In this document: positions 11,985-24,247 of the stretch, one piece after another | How the letters are laid out: every line of letters begins with the position of its first letter | How positions within the stretch are numbered: the first letter of the stretch is position 1 | From: Phaeosaccion multiseriatum | Taxonomy: Eukaryota > Protista > Ochrophyta, other classes | NCBI GenBank assembly: GCA_965112735.1 | Contig: OZ218957.1 | Span: 3,224,001 to 3,288,000, forward strand | Length of the DNA: 64,000 bases | Direction of reading: 5' to 3' | Program-made: the position numbers and the translations under genes | Notes under the pieces: model-generated | Told to the model about the DNA's origin: nothing | The model's input: the letters and a program-made list of their open reading frames with translations, nothing else | Database searches by the model: none

Positions 11985-13698
11985 ATGCTTCCCTCTGAGG
12001 CGGGAGGAGGCGGGGAAGGAAGAGAAGCGGGTAGTGGTGCGCCGGGCGCTTCGCCTGCTGTGGCAGAGGTTGAGCAGGTCGACACTGGCTTTAGACCCCA
12101 AGGTCGGGAGGACGGAGCTCGCGGAAGGGAGGGAGAGGATAGGCCGCCAGCGGCAGCAGAAGAGGATCCAGCAGCAGTAGGTGCAGCAACTGCAAGCACC
12201 GGAGTAGGGGAGCACGAACGGGATGTGGGCACTTCCTCCTCAGGGTCATTGCCCAACGTTGCTGTGGTGGTCCCTGAAGAGGAGCAGCAGCAGCAGAGGC
12301 AACGGGCCGACGCGGCGGCGGCAGAGGAGCACGATCGGTGAGTTGGCGTCGTTTAGTTGATGTGGCGGGACTGAGGCGAGCTGCACGCACTGAGACTAAA
12401 CCTCCTTCAGTTCAACCGCGCCGAGTCAGCGGTAGGGGACTGTAAGATCCAAGGGTAGTTCATCACCCCCCGTGTACATACATTTCCTTTCCCCCTGTAC
12501 TGTCGTGCTCTGGTGGGAAGGTCAGAGCTCCTGCTGGCCATGTCTACCTCAGCTCCCCCCTCCACCACTCTTTCGGGCCTCTCCCCAAATGTCATCTCTT
12601 GTGTTGCTAATCATTGCGCTGTGCCCATCCTTCCCCCTCAACGGTGCCACGCAACCCTCTCTCTGGCAAGCAGCAGCGACCGTGGCCCTTCCGCCGCGAA
12701 CGCCAACGCCAACACCGGCGGTGGTCACCCTGCAAGCGGCGGCGACCATGACGGCGGCGGCGGTGGTGGTGGTGGTGGGGGGGGGGAGAACCCCAATGGG
12801 GTTGGCAACGGCAATGGCAACGGCTGGTATCCCCAGCGCTCACCACCCAGGGCCATGCGAGAGCTCAATGTCCACGATGCCCTGGACTATCTCGATCAGG
12901 TAGGGGGGAGGGAGAGGGGAGGAGAGAGACGGAACGGCGGGAGGATGGAGATAGGCCAAGTGGGAGGAGAGGAGCAAGGCCTTGCGAGGCCGGATGGGGG
13001 ATGGGAGGGGGGGGGGAGGTGGACGGCTACCCAGCCCCCAGCTGACAACCTGACACTTACCCACCTGCCCCTCCACATACGTATGAAGACTATGGTGGGC
13101 AGACATCAGGCAGACCTGGCATGGCGATTCTATTGACTTCTCACTCACTCACCCACTCACTCACTCACAGGTGAAAATGGAATTTGGTGAGAAGCCTCAA
13201 ATCTACAACGAATTCCTCGACATAATGAAGGACTTCAAATCCAACTCCATCGACACACCCGGCGTCATTGCCCGAGTGTCCAACCTGTTCAGAGGCTACA
13301 ATCGCCTCATCCTGGGCTTCAACACCTTCCTGCCGGACGGTTACAAAATTGACCGCGAAGACATCGCGAAGATGAACCGTCAACACGCGGTGCGCGAGGA
13401 AGAGGCAGCAGCGGCCGCGGCGGCGGCGGTGGGAGGGGGAGGAGGAGGAGGAGGAGGAGGAGGAGGAGGAGGGGTTTACGCTGGGCACTCTGCCGCCCAC
13501 CACTTGCACCAGGCGGGCGGGGGAAGGGGAGGGGGTGGCATGGGAGGCCTGCAGGAGCAGCAGCAGCAGCAGCAGCAGCGAGGGGGGCCGCCAGGACCGT
13601 ACGGGGTTGGGAATAACATGTCGATGCAGGCCATGAATCACCAGTACCAACAGCAGCAGCAGTTGGCGATGCAGCAGCAGCAACAACAGCAGCAGCAG

Positions 13699-13736
<38 letters not shown>

Positions 13737-16700
13737 AGGGAGGGGGCCTCCCGGGGGCGGCGGCGGCGGCGGCGGAGGAGGAGGAGGAGGAGACGCACTC
13801 CAGCCGCAGCAGGCACCGGCCGAGTTCGACCACGCGATTAGTTACGTCACCACCATCAAGCAGCGATTTGGGCACGAGCCACACACGTACAAGGCCTTTC
13901 TGGAGATCCTGCACACCTATCAGAAGGAAGCAAGAGGTGAGGGATTGATGGCCTCGGTGGGTGAGGGAGGGAGGGACGGGGTGAGTGGGTGGGTGAGGAG
14001 GGAGGGAGTGGGTGAGGGAGTGATTGAATGAGTGAGGAAGGTGGAAGGGTTTTTTTTGGGAACCATACTGCAATTGTTGCACTCCTTTCACGCCGCTCGC
14101 TCATTGTCCCCTGTCCCTGGTCTGCTTCCTCCCCCCCCCCCCCCCTCCTCCTTCTCCTCCTCCTCCTCCTCCTGCTCCTGCTTCTCCTCCTCCTTCTCCT
14201 CCTCCTCCTCCTCCTCCTGCTCCTCCTCCTCCTCCTCCTCCTTCTTGCTCTCCTTCTCCTCCTTCTCCTCCTTCTTCTCCTCCTCCTCCTCCTCCTTCTT
14301 GCTCTCCTTCTCCTCCTTCTCCTCCTCCTCCTCCTCCTCCTCCTCCTCCTCCCTCAGGCATCGGCGAGGTGCTCGAGCAAGTCTCCTCTCTGTTTGCCGA
14401 TCACCCGGACCTCCTGAGGGAGTTCACCTACTTCCTCCCCGACCCCGTGCAGGACCAGGCGCGTATAAGGCTTGATCGAGCCGCCAGAGAGAGCGAGCAG
14501 CGCATGCTTCTGCAGGCCAATCAGCACGCGCACGGACACGCACTCCCCGGGGCACAACCCGGGGGGGGGCATCCGCAGCACCCCGGGGGGCCTGGGGGAG
14601 ATTACTACGGGCAGGTACGAAAGGTTGGATGATGTTGTTGTTGCTGTTGTTGTTGTTGTTGTGTTGTTGTTGCTAGTCTCGTTGTTGTTGTTGTTGTTGT
14701 TGTTGCTAGTGTCGTTGTTGTTGCTATTGTTGTTCTTTCTGGCCGGGCGAGCGCTTTTTTGGGAGGAAGAGATATCATCTCGTGACAAGTCTAGTCTCGA
14801 GTTTGCCTCCGTCGGGCATGCTGCACCATGTGTCACAGCTGTCATATTCGATTGCTACACGTACTTACAACATCTGTAGAGTCTAACAAACTGCAACTGA
14901 AACGTAACGGTAACCCCCCTGTGCCCTCCCCCCTATGGCAGGGCTGGCAGCAGCACGGAGGGCACGGGCAGATGATGGACCATCCCGGGGGGGGTGGCTA
15001 TGGAGGACGGGGGAAGGCAAAAGACAAAAAGGGCGCTGCCGGCAAGAAGGGAGGAGGAGGAGGAGGAGGAGGAGGGGGGGGTGACCAGCACGCGGCCTAC
15101 GCGCAGCAGCAGCAGCATCACCAGCACTACGTCCAGCAGCAGCATTACCAAGGTGGGTGGGGAATATTTATTGACTTAGTAGTACGTGGGTGGGGAATAT
15201 TTATTGACTACTGAAGTAGCTGGGGAATATTATAGGTATAGTAGGTGGGCGGGGGAATTCATTGGCTTAATAGTAGGTGGGTGGGGAATATTTATTGACT
15301 ACTGAAGTAGCTGGGGAATGTTATAGGTGGGTAAGGAATTATCTATTGACTGAATAGTAGGTGGGTGGGGAATGTTTATTGACTACTGAAGTAGCTGGGG
15401 AATGTTATAGGTGGGTGGGGAATATTTATTGACTACTGAAGTAGCTGGGGAATGTTATGGGTGGGTGGGGAATTATTTATTGACTACTGAAGTAGCTGGG
15501 GAATGTTATAGGTGGGTGGGGAATTATTTATTGACTACTGAAGTAGCTGGGGAATGTTATAGGTGGGTGGGGAATTATCTATTGACTTTATAGTAGGTGG
15601 GTGGGGAATATTTATTGACTACTGAAGTAGCTGGGGAATGTTATAGGTGGTGGGGAATTATTTATTGACTACTGAAGTAGCTGGGGAATGTTATAGGTGG
15701 GTAAGGAATTATCTATTGACTGAATTGTAGGTGGGTGGGGAATATTTATTGACTACTGAAGTAGCTGGGGAATGTTATAGGTGGGTGGGGAATTATTTAT
15801 TGACTTTATAGTAGGTGAGTGGGGAAAAGGAGTTGGGGAATATAAAGGGGGGTGGGGAATATTTATTGACTTAATTGTAGGTGGGGTGGGGTATAGAGCA
15901 AGCAAAAACAAACAAGCGAAGTTTTAGCTTTTTGAATTGTCAATTGTCAAATGTGAATTGTTGGAGAGAGAGTTGTACTGTCTACCTCTCTCCTCTCTCC
16001 TCCGTCCCTCCGCTTCGTTTTGTCCTCAGCAACTGGCTGACTCCTCCTTGTTTTTGTCACTCTCATGTCTCATCTCTCCCTCGCACTCTCTTTTGAGTTT
16101 ATTAATTAATCCCCGTTCTCGCTGGCTCTCCTCCTCGTCCTCCTCCTCCTCCCTTCATCTTCTCAGGCTACCCGAGGGGAATGGGGCCGGGGGGTCCTCG
16201 CTACGGTATGGGAGGCTACCCAGGCATGCACGGGATGATGCACCCTGACGCTATGCTCCCCGGGGGGGGCATGGGCATGGGTATGGGAGACAGGGGCGGC
16301 GGCGGCGGCGGCGGCGGAGGAGGAGGGGGGGGGGCGGGAGGAGGAGGAGGAGGGGGGGAGGAGGAGGAGGGAGGAAGGGCATGGGGTCGAGGGGAGGAAA
16401 GGGCAAGGGGGATAAGGGGGGGAGCGGAGCAGGAGGCGTTGGCAGAGCTTCTCCCGGGCGAGGCGGAGGGAAGGGTCGGGGAAAGGGAGGAGCCGGTGCT
16501 GGAGGAGGGGGAGGAGGAGGAGGAGGAGGAGGAGGAGGAGGAGGAGGAGGAGGAGGAGGAGGATCGGAAGGCTCGATGGGGGCCAACGAAGCGTACGGTA
16601 TGCTCAAGGGCTACCAGCAGCAGCAGCAGCAACACCAGAACTATCACCATGAAAAGTTCCTTCAGTCGAGGCAGCTGTCCGGCGAGCAGAGATTCTTCGA

Positions 16701-19700
16701 GCATGTGAGGGGGATTCTGCTGGGCCAGTCCCGAGAGGCGTGGCAAGAATTCCTCAAGTGCATGGAGCTGTACTCGCAAGCCGTGCTGTCTCGCTCCGAG
16801 CTGCTGCAACTGGTGGGGGATCTCTTTGGTCCCCACACTGAGATGCTGAGCGAGTTTCAGAGACTTATGCAGGAGCAGGGCGGGGAGGATGGCAGCGGAG
16901 GGGGCACGCAGGACATGGTGTTATCGGACATGTGGTTTAGTACACCGCTTTCCGAGATTGACTTTTCGCATTGTCGCAAGTGCACCCCTTCCTACCGAGC
17001 GCTACCCAAGGACTATCCTCGACCGTCATGCAGCGAGCGCAACAGCGTGGAGGATACCGTGTTGAATGACACCTGGGTGAGCGTGCCGGTGGGGTCGGAG
17101 GACAGTTTCACTTTCAAGCACATGCGCAAGAATCAGTACGAGGAGGCACTCTTCAAGTGCGAAGACGAGAGGTTTGAGATAGATATGGTCATCGACTCCA
17201 CCGCCTGTGTGGTCCGCGTGCTTGAGCCCCTGATGGACGAGATTAGTGCCATTTCTGCACTGGAGAAGGAGGAAGCTAAGGCGGCTGCTGCTGCGGCTGC
17301 TGCTGCTACCAAGGGCAGGGGTGGCACAGCGGCTGCTGCGGCGGCGGCGACGGCAGCGGCAGCGGCGGCGGCAAATAAGCGGGCAGGGAGGTACCAATTC
17401 AAGATTGACAAGCGCACGCTCAGCCCCATACACCTCAACGCCATTGCCAGGATTTACGGGGAGCACGCCAACGAGGTGCGTGCGTGCGTGCGTGAGTGAG
17501 TGCGTGTGTGCGTGTGTGCGTGTATGTGTGTGTGTGCGCGCCGTTGAAACCAAAAGCACACAACCAAACATGGGAGCATCAAATGTGGGAGGGGAGGGGA
17601 CTCAAAAAGACGCTGTCCGGCTGTATCACCAACTGCTGCTGATGTGTTGCTTACTTGCCACACCGGCCTCCGAACTAACCTCGCAACGCCCTTGCTCTTT
17701 CTCTTGCTCTTGCTCCTTCAACCCCCCCTACTCCACCCCAATTCTGTAACTGAAGGTGCTGGAGCTGATGCGGAAGAACCCCACCGGGGCCATCCCTGTC
17801 ATCCTTGCGCGCCTCAAGCAGAAGGACAGAGAGTGGCGCAAGGCGAGGATGGAGCTCAACAGGGACTGGAGAGAAATGCTGGAAAGGAACTTCATCAAGG
17901 TCAGTTGTTTGTTTTTGGTGCTCGTTTTTAAAGGCAGAAGTGCGTAGAGTACAGAGAGAGAGGAATTATTTTTGTTTGTGGTTAGGAATTATAATTTGTT
18001 TGTGGTTAGGCACAAGTAGTGTGTAAGGCAGAGGGACAGAGAGGATTGCTTTTGCATCTTCGTTGGGGGAATCGCTTAGGTCAACAGAGAGTACAGTAGA
18101 GGAAGCTTCACCATTCAGTCATCCATTGTGTGCTCCTGCCGTGTCTTGCGGCAATGAAGTGACTGCCTGCTTCACAAGTTGCCCAGAGCTGAGCTAGGCA
18201 TCCCTGGCCTTACCCTTCTTTCCCTGTCTTTCAAAACCTTTGTGTGTCCCACACCACAGAGCATGGACAGGCGCTCTTTCTTCTTCAAGGCAGAAGATAA
18301 GAAGATGTACGGCAACAAGGCCTTACTCACCGCCATCAGAGAGAAGGCCGCGCAAAGGAGGCTGCAGGAGCAGCAAGAGGCATCTGCCGCTGCTGCCGCA
18401 GACCAAGGCAATGCCGAGGACGGCGAGGGGAAGGACGACGAGGGTGAGGCAATGGATGACGAGTCTGGCGATGGGGTGAAGGAGGGGGGAGGAGCGGCCC
18501 TGGGCAGCAGAGAGCAGAGGCTGAAGCTCGAGGCATCGCTGCCCCATCTCATGGCACCGCACATGACACTTCGTCTCCCCTCTGCCAAGCAGCACTCCTC
18601 AGTCTTGTCCGATGTGTACCATCTCCTCTCCCACGCCATTTGTGAGAGCACACACACCTCGGCGGACAAGGCCAAAATGAAGGCCACATGGAGAGAGGTG
18701 TTTCAGCACTGGTGGCAGCTTCCCCTGCACCGTCTACTGGGCCCCACCGGAGCAAGCTCTGCCTACCGGAGTAAGCTGCAGAGGAGCGGAGGAGGAGGAG
18801 GAGGGGGAGGAGCCTCAGGAGAAGCCTCTGCAGGTGAAGAGGGTAGTGCCGCTGGTGGTGTTGACGGGGCTTTTGGTGACGCATCGGGCGATGGTACAGC
18901 TTCGAATGAGGGAGGGGCGCTTACAGTGAACGTGGCGGCAGTAGAGGATGAGGATTTGCCTCGTGGTGTGATCGGGAGGAGCCTCTCTCTGAGTGTGGGG
19001 GCGCAGGTGTTGACTCCGTACGGCACCGGACCCATTTTGGAAATGCCCAACATGGCCAAGGATGGCAGTGGTGATGATGATGAAGGCACCACGAAACCGA
19101 TGGCGAAGGTGCAGTTGCCCTTCGGTGTCCTCTCCGTGCTCGTCTCAGAGGTGAGCCCCGCGGAGAGCGTACCGGAGCCGCATGTGACTGAGGCGACTCT
19201 GGAGAACATGGAGGCGCTGCCCCCGCTTCCTCCCGCGGTGTTGCAGGAGGCAGGTGTGGTGGGGTCAGCGGCGTCACCCACGGCCGAGGCAGGGTCATCC
19301 TCTCCTTCCGCGGTTGCAGTTGAGGCTGTCGACAATACCTCTCCGGAGAACGACAAGGAGGAGGGCGCCAACATCGCGAGCAGCAGCGGCAGCGGCAGCG
19401 GCGGTAAGCAGCGTAGTACAGCGGCGAGTGCCAGTGGCAGTGGCAGTGGTGACGAGCTACCTTCCAGTGTCGCCGACAGCCCCGCCCTGCCCGCCGACTC
19501 GAGCGTGAGAATGCTGCTGGGTACTGAGGAGATGTACATCTTTGTTCGCAATGTCATTCTTGTCGCGGAGAGGCTGGCCGTGGCACGGACGCTGGCGACG
19601 GAGGCAGATCGAACCCGCGCCTCGCTCGTTGTCCACCCCGTCAAGGACGAGTGCTTGGATCCGAGGGAGTCAGTGGAGGCACGCTTGGCAAGGCTCATGG

Positions 19701-20965
19701 GCATGGCGCCGGTGCCTGTGAGTGGTACTGGTGTATCACCAGCTGCCACTGCCGCTACCGCCAAGAAGGGCAGCAAGCAAGAGGGAGGGGGAGGAGAGGA
19801 TGCGGCAATGGAGACGGGAGAGGATGGAGAGGGAGGAGAGGCGACAATCGAGGAGAGAGCGGACCGGGGCCTGAGTGGGTATGCCGGGTTTCTGGCACTC
19901 CTGTACGCCCAAATTGACGGAGACACCCGCTGCGAGTCTCTCAAGTTTGAAGACATTTGCCAGCAGATGATTGGAAACAACGCCTTTCGGCTCTTTAACC
20001 TGGACCGCAATGTGCACATTCTCGTGCGTCAGCTCAAGTCCATGTCCGACGACGCTTCGACCGACAAGATGCTTGATCTCTACCGTTACGAACTTGCCCT
20101 GGCCAGGTCAGGCGGCGGCGGTGGGGTGCAACCGGCGGTGTATCGGGCACATGCAGGAAGGGTCCTGCGGTCTCGGCCAGATGATGTGTATCGCTTGCAG
20201 ACGTCGGACAGGGGCCACACGGTGATGGTGGAGCTGTTGGGCGTGTTGGATAGCAATGGCTTCGCGACGGAGAAGAGAAGTGTGCGGACGGAGAAGGCTG
20301 TCTCACGCTTCGCTAGCAAGGAGACCAAGGCGGCTGCCCTGGCTGCTGGAAGGGCGGTTGGGGGAGGGGGAGGGGGAGGGGGCCCGACATCGGCCGGAGG
20401 AGGAGGAGGCAAGGGGGCAGCAGTTGGTGATGCAGGAGGAGGGGGGGGAGGGGGAGGAGGAGGAGCGTCGTCAGGAGATGGTGCTGGGCGAGGTGGGGGA
20501 GCTGCAGCTGGAAGAGGAAGCGCGGCAGCCACGAGGGGGAGGAAGGCGGGGGCGGTAGCAACTGATGAAGATGACGATGAGGAGGAGGAGGAGGAGGAGG
20601 GAGAGGAGGAGGAGGAGGGAGAGGAGGAGGAGGAGGGAGAGGAGGAAGATGATATGGATGAGGAGGAGGAAGACGGAGAAGGGGCAGGAGCGGAGCAGGG
20701 GGCGGAGGAGGAGGAGGAAGAAGAAGAAGAGGAGGAAGAGGAGGAGGAGGAGGAGGAGGAGGAGGAAGAGGACGAGGAGGAGGAGGAGGAGCAAGAGGAA
20801 GATGGGGACGGCAAAGATGGAGGGGATGGGGACGCAAGCTCCAAGAAGGGGGGTGAAGCAGTTGGTGATACAGCAGCCCCCGCTGCCAAGAAGGGCAAGA
20901 GGAGCTCTGGCGAGGCGCAGGTGGGCGGGGAGGAGCCGAGAGACGCCAAACGTCGGAGATCTTAG
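11985..20965 (+). CDS. SIN3: SIN3 histone deacetylase corepressor scaffold (three PAH domains, HDAC-interaction domain, Sin3 C-terminal region)
   Basis: Exons about 11985-12337, ~12670-12899, 13171-13936, 14358-14614, 14942-15152, 16167-17475, 17756-17899 and 18260-20965. Motifs: [14 protein letters not shown]...[12 protein letters not shown] (PAH1), [16 protein letters not shown] (PAH2), [11 protein letters not shown]...LNDTWVSVP...[19 protein letters not shown] (HID). There is a frame change in the G-rich run at about 16320-16380. Confidence 0.93.
15153..15880 (+). repeat. Intronic minisatellite with a ~51-bp unit (GGTGGGTGGGGAATTATTTATTGACTACTGAAGTAGCTGGGGAATGTTATA) plus shorter variant units
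   Basis: More than 10 near-identical units are directly visible, starting at the donor site of SIN3 intron 5. Confidence 0.95.
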
Positions 20966-21759
20966 GGCATATGGGCAGGTGTATGCGCAACGATCCGACA
21001 AACAGCAAGCAATAGCAGGCGATTAAGTGACAATATGGTGTTTTGTTTATTTCTATAATCAAATCTACATCATTCAAAGTAAACAAAGAAGTGACGTCAG
21101 AGGATTCCAACGCAACAAGCAAAAACCGACGCGAGGGAGTGTAATGCAAAGCTGCACACCAAAACAATTGTTGTTGCAATGCACTGGTCATCCTTTCTAC
21201 GGCCTCTAAAGGGTTTCACCCGTTCTTTATTATTATTTTTTTTGGGCATGCCTGGAAAGGGGGAAAAAAACATCCCGATCCGTCAGATGCCATCTGGCGT
21301 TCTTTTGATTAGCCACTCACTCACTCACTCACTCACCCACTCACTCACTGCCCACACACCCCTCCCTCCTTCCGATAAATAAAGGCACACAATACATCAC
21401 TGTGGCCATTTTGCTGTGCATCATGACATACACATCCTGCACAGCTCATCGTATAGCTTTACGTGTGTGTGTGTGTGTGTGTGTGTTTCATCATCTTCAC
21501 ACACTTCTACATCATCCACATGTGTGTGTGTGTGTATGCCTCGAAATCATCTCACACCACCCAAAGTCATCACCATGTCTCCCGTGCGGCTTTAATGCAA
21601 TAGCTAGCTCCATGTGTGTGTGTGTGTGCGTGTCGAAATCGTCCCACACCCCAGACACTAATAAAGTCTACAGCTGCACCTCTCAGACAGCGGAGCCATC
21701 AACTGCCATCGCGTCAGCCCTCCCTCCTTTGGAGACACAAGGGCAGGCACACAGCACAT

Positions 21760-21890
21760 ACATCACTGTAACGTCACTGTAACATCACTGTAACATCACT
21801 GTAACATCACTGTAACATCACTGTAACATCACTGTAACATCACTGTAACATCACTGTAACATCACTGTAACATCACTGTAACATCACTGT
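21760..21890. repeat. Tandem array of an 11-bp unit, ACATCACTGTA (~12 copies)
   Basis: Directly visible. It lies within an imperfectly duplicated intergenic block (about 21380-22080). Confidence 0.95.
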
Positions 21891-22374
21891 GGCCTTTCTG
21901 TACATCCCGTTCCGTGTGTGTTTCGAATTCATCACACACACCATACACAAACAAACAACTACTAAAGCTAAAATGGTGTAGCCCCACGTGTGTGCTTCGT
22001 AACCGTCACACAGCGCCAGACACAAATCACCCAATCTCCCCTGCCGACACGACAGTTTCAAGAAGTCTCACCTGCCGAGACGCCGGGACTACACTTTTCT
22101 ACAGTTTCACCTCTCACGACGGAGCGCGACCATCGCAGGATGCAGAAACCCTCGCCAGCCAACAAACAAATTCTCAATTCTCTCTCTCTCCCACACGCAT
22201 ACACACATCCAAACACAATCAACATTGCCTTGGCCCCTTCCCACCCCCTCCCCTCCCCCCTTCCTCCTTCCCTCTGGACTGAGCCGTACCACCTGCCCCG
22301 AATGGCAGAGGAATGGACAGCGAATGGACACCTCCCCTGCGGCCCCCTGCCCCCTGCTGACCCTGCTGCGGGGA

Positions 22375-24210
22375 TCACCTCGGCTGCCGCGGCTGCACCC
22401 CCTCCTCCTCCTCCTCCTGCTGCTCCTCCTCCTGCTGCTGCTGCTGCTGGTGCTGCGGCACTGCCCCCTCGTTGCCGTAGGAGAGCGACTGCGGGTTGGA
22501 GAGTTTGCTGCGTCCCCACCTGGAGAGAAGCTGCTGTCGTCTGTGACTCTGGTACTGCTGCCGCTGCCCATATGACTGCTGCCACTTAAAGTGCTGCATC
22601 TGTGGATTGTAGTGATGAGGCTGGTACTGCTGCTGAGGGTGGTGCTGCTGAAGGTGGTGCTGCTGCTGAAGATGGTGCTGCTGAAGATGGTGCTGCTGGT
22701 GCTGGTGCTGACACTGGTGCTGGTGCTGGTGCTGACGGTGGTGCTGATGCTGGTACTGCTGCTGAGGGTGCTGGTGCTGATGCTGGTGCAGAAGAAAGTG
22801 CTGCTGAAGGTGCTGGTGCTGGTAAAGGAAGTGCTGCTGAAGGTGGTACTGCTGAAGGTGGTACTGCTGAAGGTGTTGTTGGTGTTGGTGCTGGATCTGG
22901 AGCTGGTGCTGGTAATGAGGCTTGCGTTCATCCTCCTCCCAGCCCAACGGGGTATCATTCTCCTCCCCCCACCCACTGCAAGCTGGGGCCTTCGTCTCCT
23001 CCATCCATCCATTGCCATCCGGCATTATCTTCCCGTCCCCCCATCCACTCCCATCCGGGGTCTTGTCCTCCTCCCCCCATCCATTGCCATCCAGGATCTT
23101 ACTCCCCTCCCCCCATCCACTGCCATCCTGGGTCTTAACCTCCTCCCCCCATCCACCCACATCCGGCGTCCTACTGCTGTCCTCCTCCCATCCACTGCCA
23201 TCCGGCGCCTCCTCCTCCTCAAAGCCTTCCCCACCCCACATCTTTCTGCTTTGCCGCCTCTCTTCGCGCGTAACGGCCCAGCTCCATGGCATGTCCCAGC
23301 CAGATGGGACACCTTCCTCCTCCTTCTCCTCCTGCTTCTTCTGCCGCTGTATGACCAACTGCTGCGCCTTGGTCTTCTCCCCACTCCCTTCCTCAACAGA
23401 GTGTGGCGCCGGTCTGGCGGACAAGTCAACGTAGCCCTTGGTGCTGAATTGCTCACGCAACATCACCAGCCACCCCCGCCTCTTCCAGGCTACGCATGTC
23501 AGGCATAGAGGAGGGGGATGGGGGGGGGGGTGAGGAGGAGGAGGAGGAGGAGGAGGAGGAGGAGGAGGAGGAGGAGGAGGAGGAGGAGGAGGAGGAGGAG
23601 GAGGAGGAGGAGGAGGAGGAGGAGGAGGAGGAGGAGGAGGAGGAGGAGGAGGAGGACGAGGAGGAGGAGGAGGAGGAGGAGGAGGAGGAGGAGGAGGAGG
23701 AGGAGGAGGAGGAGGAGGAGGAGGAGGAGGAGGAGGAGGTGGAGGAGGAGGAGGAGGAGTGGATGGGGTTGGGTGAGAGGTGTGCGTGTCTGTGATTGTG
23801 TGTGCGAGAGACAGAGTGTATGTATGTACGTGTGTGCATGCATGTGAATGTGTGTGCGTGTGCGTGCGCATGTGTCTGGGTGGTGTATGTGTGTATGTGC
23901 GTGCGTGTGCGCGTGTGTGCGTGTGTGTATGTGTTCATGTATGTACGTGTGTGCGTTGGCTGGCCCACGTACCTGCATGCTCTGTGAGGAACTTGACCAC
24001 GTCATGCCTCTTCTTGTTCTTGGCCGCTTGCAGAGGCGATACTTTGGCGTCTGTGCGTCGCTCAGTCTTGGCCCCTGCGGAGACGAGGCTCTTGACCTGA
24101 GGAAAGCAGTAAGTCAGTGATGAACGTAGTAAGTCAGTGAGGAGGGGAGTACCACGGACGGCAGAGAAGGCAGCGGATGGAGGCGGTGCAAGCGAGCACC
24201 GAGGGGGCGA

Positions 24211-24247
<37 letters not shown>

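Noticed and set aside
22591-23508. Long plus-strand ORFs (poly-V/L; AEGGA repeats)
   Set aside because: These are antisense shadows of the Q/H-rich last exon of the ankyrin gene.
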